Positions 1 to 7,968 of a DNA stretch of 26,159 nt are shown one piece after another. The stretch covers positions 1 to 26,159 of the forward strand of contig JASMDC010000049.1 in assembly GCA_030753015.1 (NCBI GenBank). Direction: 5' to 3'. The first letter of the stretch is position 1, and each line of letters opens with the position of its first letter. The notes beneath the pieces are model-generated. The model had not been told where the DNA came from, did not search any database, and was given only the letters and a program-made list of their open reading frames with translations. The position numbers and the translations under genes were made by a program. The stretch comes from Candidatus Undinarchaeales archaeon. GTDB lineage: Archaea; SpSt-1190; JASMDC01.

Positions 1-61
1 GGCGGGAGCGTAGTGATGGGGTAGGGAGAGGGGGCAAACGTCGAGGTTATGCAACAAAGCA
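1..61 (+). mobile_element. Probable right end of an IS5-family (IS903-group-like) insertion sequence, truncated by window start
   Basis: TTATGCAACAAAGC (47-60) has reverse complement GCTTTGTTGCATAA, resembling the IS903-type terminal IR (GGCTTTGTTG...). The reading frame switches from hydrophilic nonsense to hydrophobic TadB-like sequence exactly here. Confidence 0.5.
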
Positions 62-200
62 CTTCATGATCGTGCTCTCGGGCCTCCCGTCAGTGAACGT
101 GTCAGAGATCATGTTCTGGATGCTGTACGCGGGGGTGGCAGTGTTCCAGTTCATGTTCATGGGGATGATCAAACAGAAGAGGCCCAGCCTCTTAGGGTGA
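62..200 (+). pseudogene. 3' fragment of type II secretion system F / TadB-like pilus platform gene
   Basis: Reads FMIVLSGLPSVNVSEIMFWMLYAGVAVFQFMFMGMIKQKRPSLLG*: hydrophobic segments ending in K-x-K-R-P, as in archaeal T2SS-F proteins. The stop lies 1 nt before the tadC-like ATG. Confidence 0.65.
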
Positions 201-201
201 T

Positions 202-1209
202 ATGATGGCGTTCCGCAAAGAGTACTTGTACATCACGCTCGCTCAGCTGGTGCCCCGCGTCGTACAGGAGAGCATCGAGGAGCTCATGTGCTTCTGCGAG
301 ATCGAGATGGACTCCAGGGTGTTCCTCGGGCTCATGCTCATCGGCGGGGTTTTCATCTCCCTGGCAGCGGGCACTTACGCTGTTCTCGCCTTCAAGGTAG
401 GCATCATCTTCGGGTTCATCCCGATCATCCTCGTCGCATTCATTCTCACAGAGAGCGGGATCTACATCGCCCTCACGCTCTCGGCAGATGCCAGTGGCCT
501 CTATGCGGAAGAAATCCTCCCCGACGCACTGCAGCTCATGGCCTCCAACCTCCGCGCCGGGCTCACGCCCGACCGGGCATTGCTGGTCTCAGCACGACCC
601 GAGTTCGGATCGCTCGAACGGGCCATCCGTCGCACCTCGAAGGAGGTCATCACGGGAAAGAACCTCCCCGACGCACTCCTCGAGCTCCCCAAGAACATCA
701 AGTCCAAGGTGCTCATGCGCACCATCCAGCTCATCTCCCAGGGAATCCGCTCGGGCGGGAAGATCGCCGACCTCCTCGAGCAGACCGCCGACGACATGCG
801 CACCCAGAAGATCATCCAGAAGGAGGTGCGGGCGACGGTTCTCATGTACGAGATCTTCATCACGTTGGCCGTTGGCTTCGGTGGACCACTGCTCTTCGGC
901 GTGTCGTCCTACCTCACTACTGTGCTCACCGCGCAATCGGCGGCAGGGGACGTTCCCGACGAGGTCACTTCGAGCATGCCAATCGCCCCCATGGGCAAGA
1001 TCACCATCGACGAGAACTTCGTGGTGATGTACGCAGTGGCCTGTATCACCCTCTCCTCGGTGTTCGGCTCGCTCATCATCGGGCTGCTTAAGGAGGATAA
1101 TGAACTCGCGGGCGTGAAGTTTATCCCACCGTTGCTGGTCACTGCGCTCTCCCTCTTCTTCGGCGTCAGGTGGTTCATCTTCACCTACTTCGGCTCCATG
1201 CTGATGTGA
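202..1209 (+). CDS. Type II secretion system F family protein (TadC-like, archaeal type IV pilus platform)
   Basis: LPDALQLMASNLRAGLTPDRAL...RPEFGSL...GIRSGGKIADLLEQTADD is the T2SS-F core, with flanking TM helices. Confidence 0.9.
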   Translation: MMAFRKEYLYITLAQLVPRVVQESIEELMCFCEIEMDSRVFLGLMLIGGVFISLAAGTYAVLAFKVGIIFGFIPIILVAFILTESGIYIALTLSADASGLYAEEILPDALQLMASNLRAGLTPDRALLVSARPEFGSLERAIRRTSKEVITGKNLPDALLELPKNIKSKVLMRTIQLISQGIRSGGKIADLLEQTADDMRTQKIIQKEVRATVLMYEIFITLAVGFGGPLLFGVSSYLTTVLTAQSAAGDVPDEVTSSMPIAPMGKITIDENFVVMYAVACITLSSVFGSLIIGLLKEDNELAGVKFIPPLLVTALSLFFGVRWFIFTYFGSMLM

Positions 1210-1405
1210 CGCCGGCAGGCAGTGATCCCTCCCCGGCATATGCAGCCATCGCGGTGACGGCGAGGCTCAGATAGTTCAAGTGGAGCGACCGCATGAAGAA
1301 GGATACCACTAGAAGGGTGAGGACCAGCGTGAGGAGGCCATCGGTGCTCAAGATGCTGTCAGGCTCCCTGGAAGGGCCGTCATCATCCGTCGTACGTTCT
1401 TCCAC
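1181..1405 (-). CDS. Small hypothetical membrane protein
   Basis: 74-aa ORF with a hydrophobic stretch LLTLVLTLLVVSFF and an AT-rich TATA-like element at ~1438-1446. No family recognised. Confidence 0.3.
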   Translation of the reverse strand: MEERTTDDDGPSREPDSILSTDGLLTLVLTLLVVSFFMRSLHLNYLSLAVTAMAAYAGEGSLPAGVTSAWSRSR

Positions 1406-1585
1406 AGCGGCCGATCCGTACGTGTGAGCACGTCAGACGTTAAATTCTTGACACCCGCGACCGTACCGCCGCGCGTGCAACGGAAACGTTTAAAACCTGC
1501 AGCGGGCTGGGCAGGGGAGCCGGGAACCATGGCGCATCGGAGCCACCCGTCCCGGTGGAACAAGATATACCATAACGGTGATAGC

Positions 1586-1804
1586 ATGGAAGACGAGGTC
1601 AAGAAGATCATCGAGACAGAGATCGCCCCCGCCCTCAAGATGGACGGCGGCAACATCGAGCTCCTCGGCGTCAAGGACGGCGTCGTCAAGGTCAAGCTCC
1701 AGGGCGCCTGCGCAGGGTGCCCCATGAGCCAGATGACCCTGATCAACTTCGTGGAGAAGACCCTCAAGCAGAAGGTCCCCGGTGTCAAGCGCGTCGAAGG
1801 CTGA
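1586..1804 (+). CDS. NifU/Nfu family Fe-S cluster carrier protein
   Basis: IAPALKMDGGNIELL...KLQGACAGCPMSQMTL is the Nfu CxxC signature. GGTGA SD precedes ATG 1586. Confidence 0.93.
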   Translation: MEDEVKKIIETEIAPALKMDGGNIELLGVKDGVVKVKLQGACAGCPMSQMTLINFVEKTLKQKVPGVKRVEG

Positions 1805-1971
1805 AGAGCACCAGGACACGACCACGAGCGCTTGTCGGGTCGCCATCAACGGCGACCCCCGGCAATAGGCAGGTGCCTCTATCGAGATGGACCGAGGTTG
1901 CGCTCCCTGGCGACACCCAAATCTTTTAAAGAGACACGCGGCATGACGTATGAACAAAGGTGGAACGGACC

Positions 1972-3168
1972 ATGATCCCGAACACGCATCACCTGTTCGC
2001 GTTGCTCGCCTGCTGCCTGCTCCTTGCTGGTTGCACCGGCAGCGATTCGCCCGTGGAGGACCCGCGTACCAATGCCAAACCAGTCGGAGCTGACGGTCTC
2101 ATCGCCAGGACAGCGGACATGCCGACCGGAAGCACCCATCACTTCCTTTTCAGGGGGAACACGCCCGCCGTGCTCATCAACGCGAACGGCATGTTCAGAG
2201 CGTACATCAACACCTGCGACCACGAAGGCGGTCCTGTCGTGTTGGATGAGGGAACCCTCGTCTGCCAGTGGCACGAAGCCCAGTTCGATCCGGTCACGGG
2301 TGCCCTGCAGCAGGGACCGGCCACTGGACCCTTGAGCGCCATCCCTGTTACTCTTAAGGATGGCGGCGTGTACCTCACCGAGGCCCTGAAGACTGAGGGG
2401 ACGGTGGTTGCCACACAGATACCCACCACACCTACCGAGGCACCTCCTGCGGCCACACCAGAGCCATCTCCAGCCCGTGCCCCGGGATTCGTTGCGCGTA
2501 CCGGAGACGTGCCCCCCGGGAGTACCTACGAATTCAATCTTGAGGGCAAAGGCGCGATCCTCATCAATTTCAACGGTGAGTATCGGGCCTATATCAACCG
2601 CTGCAACCACGAGGGCGGACCGAACGAACTCAGGGACACAGCCATCGTGTGCAAGTGGCATGACTCCCAGTTCGATCCCAAGACAGGTGCATTGATGAGG
2701 GGGCCGGCCACCGCGCCCCTTGAATCGATCGCGATCGAAGTGCGGGACGGGAGCGTGTTCGTAACGTCTGCAGCAACGGATGCGCCCACGGATGTACCTG
2801 CGCCCACAGAGCCACCAGTCATACCCACGGACGCGCCAGTGATCCCCTCCGAAGCACCGGAGCCGACACCTGCCCCTGCCCCAGGATTCGTAGCGCTTAT
2901 CGACGATGTGCCCCCGGGGAGCACCTACGATTTCAGGTTTGAGGGCAAGCCCGCTATCATCATCAACTTCAACGGACTCTACCGGGCGTACGTCAACAAG
3001 TGCAGTCACCTCGGTGGGCCGAACGAGCTGAGGGACACCGCCATCGTATGCAAGTGGCACGGCGCCCAGTTCGATCCCGAGACCGGTGCCCTCGAGAAAG
3101 GACCTGCGACGGCTCCCCTCGAACAGATCCCGATCACCATCACCGGTGACAGCATCTACGCTCCTTAG
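1972..3168 (+). CDS. Predicted lipoprotein with three tandem Rieske [2Fe-2S] domains
   Basis: Signal peptide with lipobox LAGC. Three CxH-x13-CxWH motifs (CDH/CQWH, CNH/CKWH, CSH/CKWH), each followed by QFDPxTG..GPA..PL. Pro/Thr/Glu-rich linkers. Confidence 0.88.
   Translation: MIPNTHHLFALLACCLLLAGCTGSDSPVEDPRTNAKPVGADGLIARTADMPTGSTHHFLFRGNTPAVLINANGMFRAYINTCDHEGGPVVLDEGTLVCQWHEAQFDPVTGALQQGPATGPLSAIPVTLKDGGVYLTEALKTEGTVVATQIPTTPTEAPPAATPEPSPARAPGFVARTGDVPPGSTYEFNLEGKGAILINFNGEYRAYINRCNHEGGPNELRDTAIVCKWHDSQFDPKTGALMRGPATAPLESIAIEVRDGSVFVTSAATDAPTDVPAPTEPPVIPTDAPVIPSEAPEPTPAPAPGFVALIDDVPPGSTYDFRFEGKPAIIINFNGLYRAYVNKCSHLGGPNELRDTAIVCKWHGAQFDPETGALEKGPATAPLEQIPITITGDSIYAP
2479..3144 (+). repeat. 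Internal tandem duplication (Rieske domains 2 and 3, 399-bp period)
   Basis: gccccgggattcgt (2479) and gccccaggattcgt (2878) start near-identical blocks, e.g. GGPNELRDTAIVCKWH occurs in both. Confidence 0.85.
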
Positions 3169-3177
3169 TATCATGGA

Positions 3178-4923
3178 GTGCCCATCATGGTAGATCCTTC
3201 CGGTGTGCTCCCGCCCATCGAGGTCGGACTGGGATACGCCTTCATGTATGGGCTGTCGAACGCCCTTGGTGCCTGCCTCTACTCCTGCCTACCGGTGTAC
3301 ATGCCGATCATAGTGAGCTACGGCGACAGTCCGGAAAAGGGGTTCAAGCTCTCCCTGGGATTCGCCGCCGGGAGGTTCACGGGCTACTTCCTCCTCGGCA
3401 TCGCCGCGGCCATGCTTGGAGCTGCCTTCATCGACATACTCTCCACCACGTTCCCGCGTATCAGTAATGTCGTGCTCGCGATCCTCGGGTTCGTAACGTT
3501 CCTTTATGGTGCGATCGTGGTCTCCCGGACCGGCCTACCTGCCATTTCGGGACACTACTGTGCGGCCTTCCGGGACCGGACACGGGGGATTGACAATCCC
3601 TACTTGGCGGCCTATCTCCTTGGTCTCACGTCGACGGTCACGCCCTGCGTGCCCATCTTCACCTTCCTCCTCCTGCCCTTCGCCCTGGGACGGGTGTGGG
3701 AGACCGTACCGGTGACCCTCGCCTTCGGTCTCGGCGCAAATATCCCCTTCATCGTCATCGGCGTGGGCCTCGCATTGGGCGTGCAGAACGTCAAGCAACG
3801 GTTCGACACCTGGCGCCCCCGGCTCGAGCTGTTCAGTGGTCTGATGCTCCTCTTGTTCGGCGCGATCTACGTTCTCTGGGCCTTGGGGCCCATCCTCTTC
3901 GGTTGGCAGGTGACCTCCTTCGCCCTCCCCGACGTCCGGGACATCATCGCACTTGTGACCTACATTCCCCCCGCGGTGGCCCAGGGGCAACAATTGTCCC
4001 CATGCCTGCTCGTCCACTCCGTACGAACGCCCGGGGCCGAGCCCTATGTCGGTCGGCCGTTCAACGTGGACGTCGTGGTGTCCAACATCTGCGAGAAGCC
4101 CATTGAGGCAAAGCTCATCCCTTCGCTCCCACCCGGACTGCACACCGGTGCATCATCGCCCATCGTGGCAATCGTCGGGCCCCTGCAATACGCCATGCTC
4201 CGGCTCCCCCTCTGGTCCGACGTGGGGTGGGGCGACATCGTCGATGTCAGCCTTTTACTCGCTGCAAGCGACGATCCTGGCCGGTTCCTACATCTGGTTC
4301 TTCCCGTCGAACTGCGCAATCCATTCCTGGAGATGTCCTTCCTCGCCATCACGATCATACTCATTCTCGGAACGCTGGTCCGGCGCTCCCGGAAGGAGGG
4401 TGAGAACACCATGCTCTCGCATGCTCTGAGGACGATGGGGGTCATCATCGTCGCGGTGGCCCTCCTCTCCCTTGTCAGGAATCCCGTTCTCGGGAACGGG
4501 GGATTCTACGACCTCGAGCTCCTTATGGTGGGGGCCGTCATGGCGTTCTGGTCAGCTGACATAGCCGACCTCTTTCAAGATCACCCGGACATGTTCCTTC
4601 TGGCCACGCTGTTCTTCGTCAGGTTCTACCTCTTCGAGCCCGCCTACGGTCTCGGGACCGGAATGGGACAGCTAGCGGCCACGGCCCGTACCTATGTGAT
4701 GGACCTGTCCGTTGCGCTCGTGGCCTTCTTCCTACCGCCCGTGTTCCACTTCAATGCCCACATGTTGCCATCCAAGATCGCCCCTGTCATTGGCGGGACC
4801 GCTTATCTCTGCTGGTGGCTCATCCTGCTCAAGGCCATCAGGAGGACCGCCAGAGCGAGGGCTCCGGCTGCAGAGGATGCCATCGCTCCACCGGGGCTCA
4901 CCGGCGATGCGGGTGCTGCCTGA
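3178..4923 (+). CDS. DsbD/CcdA-like (DsbD_2 type) membrane protein fused to an Ig-like domain and extra TM helices
   Basis: N-terminal multi-TM domain with ACLYSCLP and TPCVP cysteine motifs. Central FNVDVVVSN...LPPGL beta-sandwich-like segment. C-terminal hydrophobic helices. The start may be ATG 3187. Confidence 0.7.
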   Translation: MPIMVDPSGVLPPIEVGLGYAFMYGLSNALGACLYSCLPVYMPIIVSYGDSPEKGFKLSLGFAAGRFTGYFLLGIAAAMLGAAFIDILSTTFPRISNVVLAILGFVTFLYGAIVVSRTGLPAISGHYCAAFRDRTRGIDNPYLAAYLLGLTSTVTPCVPIFTFLLLPFALGRVWETVPVTLAFGLGANIPFIVIGVGLALGVQNVKQRFDTWRPRLELFSGLMLLLFGAIYVLWALGPILFGWQVTSFALPDVRDIIALVTYIPPAVAQGQQLSPCLLVHSVRTPGAEPYVGRPFNVDVVVSNICEKPIEAKLIPSLPPGLHTGASSPIVAIVGPLQYAMLRLPLWSDVGWGDIVDVSLLLAASDDPGRFLHLVLPVELRNPFLEMSFLAITIILILGTLVRRSRKEGENTMLSHALRTMGVIIVAVALLSLVRNPVLGNGGFYDLELLMVGAVMAFWSADIADLFQDHPDMFLLATLFFVRFYLFEPAYGLGTGMGQLAATARTYVMDLSVALVAFFLPPVFHFNAHMLPSKIAPVIGGTAYLCWWLILLKAIRRTARARAPAAEDAIAPPGLTGDAGAA

Positions 4924-6134
4924 GCGGATCGGACGGACACCGCCGGAGGCGGATCACGCTTTGAACGGGTGCGCCATGCCACGACGGTCCCATCGTCGAG
5001 CCCGGCCATGAGCTCGTCCACGCCATCACCATCGAGGTCGGCACGCATGAGCGCCGTGGCGAGCGCGTGGTCGAGCTTGACCGGACCGCTCTCACTGTCG
5101 ATGAGCGACAGACCGTCGAGCACGGGCACGAGCACCTCGTCGCCCCGGGCATCGGCAACGTCCGCCCCGACGGGACCGCCCAGGACCGCTGCGCCCAGTG
5201 GGACCGACCGGACGACCGCACCCGTGCGGTCCAGTATGATGAGGGTTGTTCCGGACACCGCTGCGATGCGCGCCCCGTCGTCCAGGACCACAGGAGCGTG
5301 GTCCACGTGGCCTTCTGTCGGCGCCCGCCAGAGCACACCTCCGTCACCGTCCAGTGCATGGACCGTGCCGGCCTGGTCACCCACGATAACCTCGGCAAGA
5401 TGATCGCCGTCGAGGTCGAGCAGGAGCGGCGTGCCGGTGATCCACTCTCCGAGCGTCCGACGCCAGCGTAGAGTGCCGTTGCCATCCAGGCAGTAGACGT
5501 TGCCATCCATCGAGCCGACCACCAGCTCGCCAGCACCGTCGCCGTCCACGTCACCCAAGGCGGGCGGTGAGAGGACATCATCCCCGGCCTGGAACGCCCA
5601 TCCGATAGAGCCGTTCGCATCGATCCGGACGAGGAGCCCGCCGTCGTACACCACTATGAGCTCTGGACGACCGTCACCTTCAAGGTCCACGGCCACCGGG
5701 ACCACGGACCCTGAAGAGAAGGGTAGGAGGTTGGTCACGTTGAGATAGCTCGAGCCCATGTCGATGAGGGTCCTGTTCCCGGTCCCGTCGGGACTCACGA
5801 GGGCAAGGGTCCCATCCCGCGTGCCCACGACGATCCCGGGCGTCAACTCATCTCCGAATGCGCTCACGGCCAGCGCAACGGCCCCGCTCCCCTCGAGGGA
5901 CACGTTCGCCGTGACCGTACCCGTGGCACCTGACATCACCACGAGACGCTCACCACGTGTGAGGGCGACCACCTCGACGTCGCCGTCGCCGTCCAGGTCC
6001 GCTATCGCAAGGTCTACGTTCACCTTCCCCCCAAGGTTCGTGCGCCACACGCTGTCGAGATCAAGGCCGACGGAAGTGAGGAGGACGAGGAGCAGGACGA
6101 CCGTCGCCACAGTCGCTGCATGGGAGCGCGTCAC
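4803..6134 (-). CDS. Secreted FG-GAP/PQQ-like beta-propeller repeat protein
   Basis: Signal peptide, repeated Ca-binding DLDGDG/DVDGDG...E motifs, and VYCLDGNGTLRW PQQ-type blades. Confidence 0.85.
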   Translation of the reverse strand: MTRSHAATVATVVLLLVLLTSVGLDLDSVWRTNLGGKVNVDLAIADLDGDGDVEVVALTRGERLVVMSGATGTVTANVSLEGSGAVALAVSAFGDELTPGIVVGTRDGTLALVSPDGTGNRTLIDMGSSYLNVTNLLPFSSGSVVPVAVDLEGDGRPELIVVYDGGLLVRIDANGSIGWAFQAGDDVLSPPALGDVDGDGAGELVVGSMDGNVYCLDGNGTLRWRRTLGEWITGTPLLLDLDGDHLAEVIVGDQAGTVHALDGDGGVLWRAPTEGHVDHAPVVLDDGARIAAVSGTTLIILDRTGAVVRSVPLGAAVLGGPVGADVADARGDEVLVPVLDGLSLIDSESGPVKLDHALATALMRADLDGDGVDELMAGLDDGTVVAWRTRSKRDPPPAVSVRSAQAAPASPVSPGGAMASSAAGALALAVLLMALSRMSHQQR

Positions 6135-6222
6135 GGCACTTCACTGGGCGCTACCGTTTAAATCGGTTGCGTACAGGACGCCAGCAGCGTACATAAAAAG
6201 GTTCGGTGCGATGACATGACGC

Positions 6223-7233
6223 ATGGCGCGCACCTCCGTCCTCCCCTCCGGGAAGCTCGATCCCCGGCGGCTGCCTGCCCTTGTGTTCGGCGGCCTTGCC
6301 GTGGGCGAGGACGTCGTCGTAGGACCCTCCCTGGGAGAGGATGCTGCGGTGATGCGTCTCGGGGAGGGCTACCTCGTCGCCGCATCCGATCCCATCACGG
6401 GGGCCGAGGGTCCCATCGGTCGGCTATTGGTCCATGTCAACGCCAATGATGTCGCCACCATGGGCGCGCGTCCGCAGTGGTTCCTCCCTGTGGTGCTCCT
6501 TCCCGAGAGTGCCTCGGAGGACGACCTGGTCACCATCATGGACCAGATGTCACGGGCGGCGGAGGAGGTGGGTGCCGTGATCGTCGGCGGCCATACCGAG
6601 GTGACCCCGGGGCTGGACCGACCCCTCGTGAGCGGGTGCATGCTCGGTACCACCGACCACCTGATAACGTCCGGTAGTATCCGGTCGGGGGACGCCCTGG
6701 TCCTCACCAAGGGGGCCGCAATCGAGGGCAGCTGCATCCTTGCCACCGACCGGGCCGCGGAGGTCGAGGCCGCCGTGGGCCTGGAGCTGGCAGAAGAGGC
6801 GCGAGGGTACGCGGACCTCATCTCCATCGTCCCGGAAGCACAGGTCGCTGCACGGGAGAAGTGCACGGCCATGCATGACGTTACCGAGGGCGGTGTGCTC
6901 GGTGCGCTCCACGAACTATGCTCGGCCGGCGGTGTCGGTTTCAGCGTAGAGAGGTCCCGCATCCGCATATCAGAAGCGACCAGTGCGATCTGCGACCACT
7001 TCGGCATCGATCCTCTAAAGACCATCTCGTCCGGCTCGCTCCTCGTGTCGGCATCCCCCGAGCGTGCCGATGCCATCGTTACCGGCATCAGGGCTCTGGG
7101 CGTATGGGCCGACATCATCGGGCGAGCAGTGGACATCGGCGAGGGGGCCGTCATGGTCGATGAGGGAGGGACGGCCCGTGAGGCGCCCTTCCCGCCGCAG
7201 GACCATCTCTGGACGGTCCTCGACGGAGATTGA
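6223..7233 (+). CDS. AIR synthase-related (PurM/HypE/ThiL superfamily) protein
   Basis: GEDAAV, ASDPIT, VNANDVATMGARP, VGGHTEVT, MHDVTEGG and SSGSLL motifs. Confidence 0.88.
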   Translation: MARTSVLPSGKLDPRRLPALVFGGLAVGEDVVVGPSLGEDAAVMRLGEGYLVAASDPITGAEGPIGRLLVHVNANDVATMGARPQWFLPVVLLPESASEDDLVTIMDQMSRAAEEVGAVIVGGHTEVTPGLDRPLVSGCMLGTTDHLITSGSIRSGDALVLTKGAAIEGSCILATDRAAEVEAAVGLELAEEARGYADLISIVPEAQVAAREKCTAMHDVTEGGVLGALHELCSAGGVGFSVERSRIRISEATSAICDHFGIDPLKTISSGSLLVSASPERADAIVTGIRALGVWADIIGRAVDIGEGAVMVDEGGTAREAPFPPQDHLWTVLDGD

Positions 7234-7235
7234 GC

Positions 7236-7811
7236 ATGGTGCGTGCACGTTCCCTCGGGGCACTGGTCGCGGTGCTGTGGTTGACCGCTTTACTGGCGTT
7301 GTCACAGGACGCCGAGGTCGTGATCGCCAATGCTCCCGAGATCCCCGAGTGCGACGCCAAGGCTATCGATGCGGCGCGACAGTTCTGCTACTTCGACGCC
7401 GCCATGGAGCTGTGGCGCACGGACACCAAGGGAGCGCTTGCCATCTGCAACGAGCGCATCACGGACGTGAGCGGACGTGACCTCTGTCGACTCGACGTGG
7501 CCTCCCACCTACTGGGCAAGGACATCGAGATGGTGGCCCGCGTATGCACCACCGACTATATGGGGCGGGAGGACGACTGCTTCAACTGGGTGTGGAACAA
7601 CGCCACCACCGTGCAGGCGGTCCAGCTCTATGCTCGCTGGAAGCCGCTGCGGACCGCTCTCGGAATCACAGTGGCCCTGTTCCTGCTCTTCAAGATATCC
7701 CGGCGTCTCAGCCCCGCTCCCGATCCGTACGCGGAGCAGATGAGGCTACAAGCACAGCAGAGCGGCTACTACGCGCAGAGCTGGCAGATGACCGGCCGGC
7801 GGTACTACTGA
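7236..7811 (+). CDS. Hypothetical single-pass surface protein with six spaced cysteines
   Basis: Signal peptide, C-x11-C-x19-C-x12-C-x19-C-x10-C ectodomain, TM helix and Q/Y-rich tail. Directly follows the upstream stop codon. Confidence 0.65.
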   Translation: MVRARSLGALVAVLWLTALLALSQDAEVVIANAPEIPECDAKAIDAARQFCYFDAAMELWRTDTKGALAICNERITDVSGRDLCRLDVASHLLGKDIEMVARVCTTDYMGREDDCFNWVWNNATTVQAVQLYARWKPLRTALGITVALFLLFKISRRLSPAPDPYAEQMRLQAQQSGYYAQSWQMTGRRYY

Positions 7812-7966
7812 GCCTTGTCCTCGTCCGAGTACTCGTTGTCCGAGTCGTTGGTGAGGCGCTCCTCGGCCACAGCGATGGAAGACCACTTGAGCATGTCCAC
7901 TACGGTCTTGCGCACGAGTTTTGTCATCTCACGTCCCTTGAGGGCGATCCCGTCAGGTTCGGTCAT
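7805..7966 (-). CDS. Small hypothetical protein (53 aa) downstream of aRF1
   Basis: ATG lies 2 nt after the aRF1 stop, preceded by GAGGTG SD. Sequence MTEPDGIALKGREMTKLVRK..., acidic tail. Confidence 0.5.
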   Translation of the reverse strand: MTEPDGIALKGREMTKLVRKTVVDMLKWSSIAVAEERLTNDSDNEYSDEDKAQ

Positions 7967-7968
7967 GG

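Noticed and set aside
1879-3174. 431-aa minus-strand ORF, and similar long antisense or alternate-frame ORFs across the window
   Set aside because: Expected shadow ORFs in GC-rich DNA opposite well-supported genes; no motifs.
6223-7233. Calling this gene hypE
   Set aside because: It lacks the C-terminal PR(I/V)C of HypE, and no other hyp genes are nearby.
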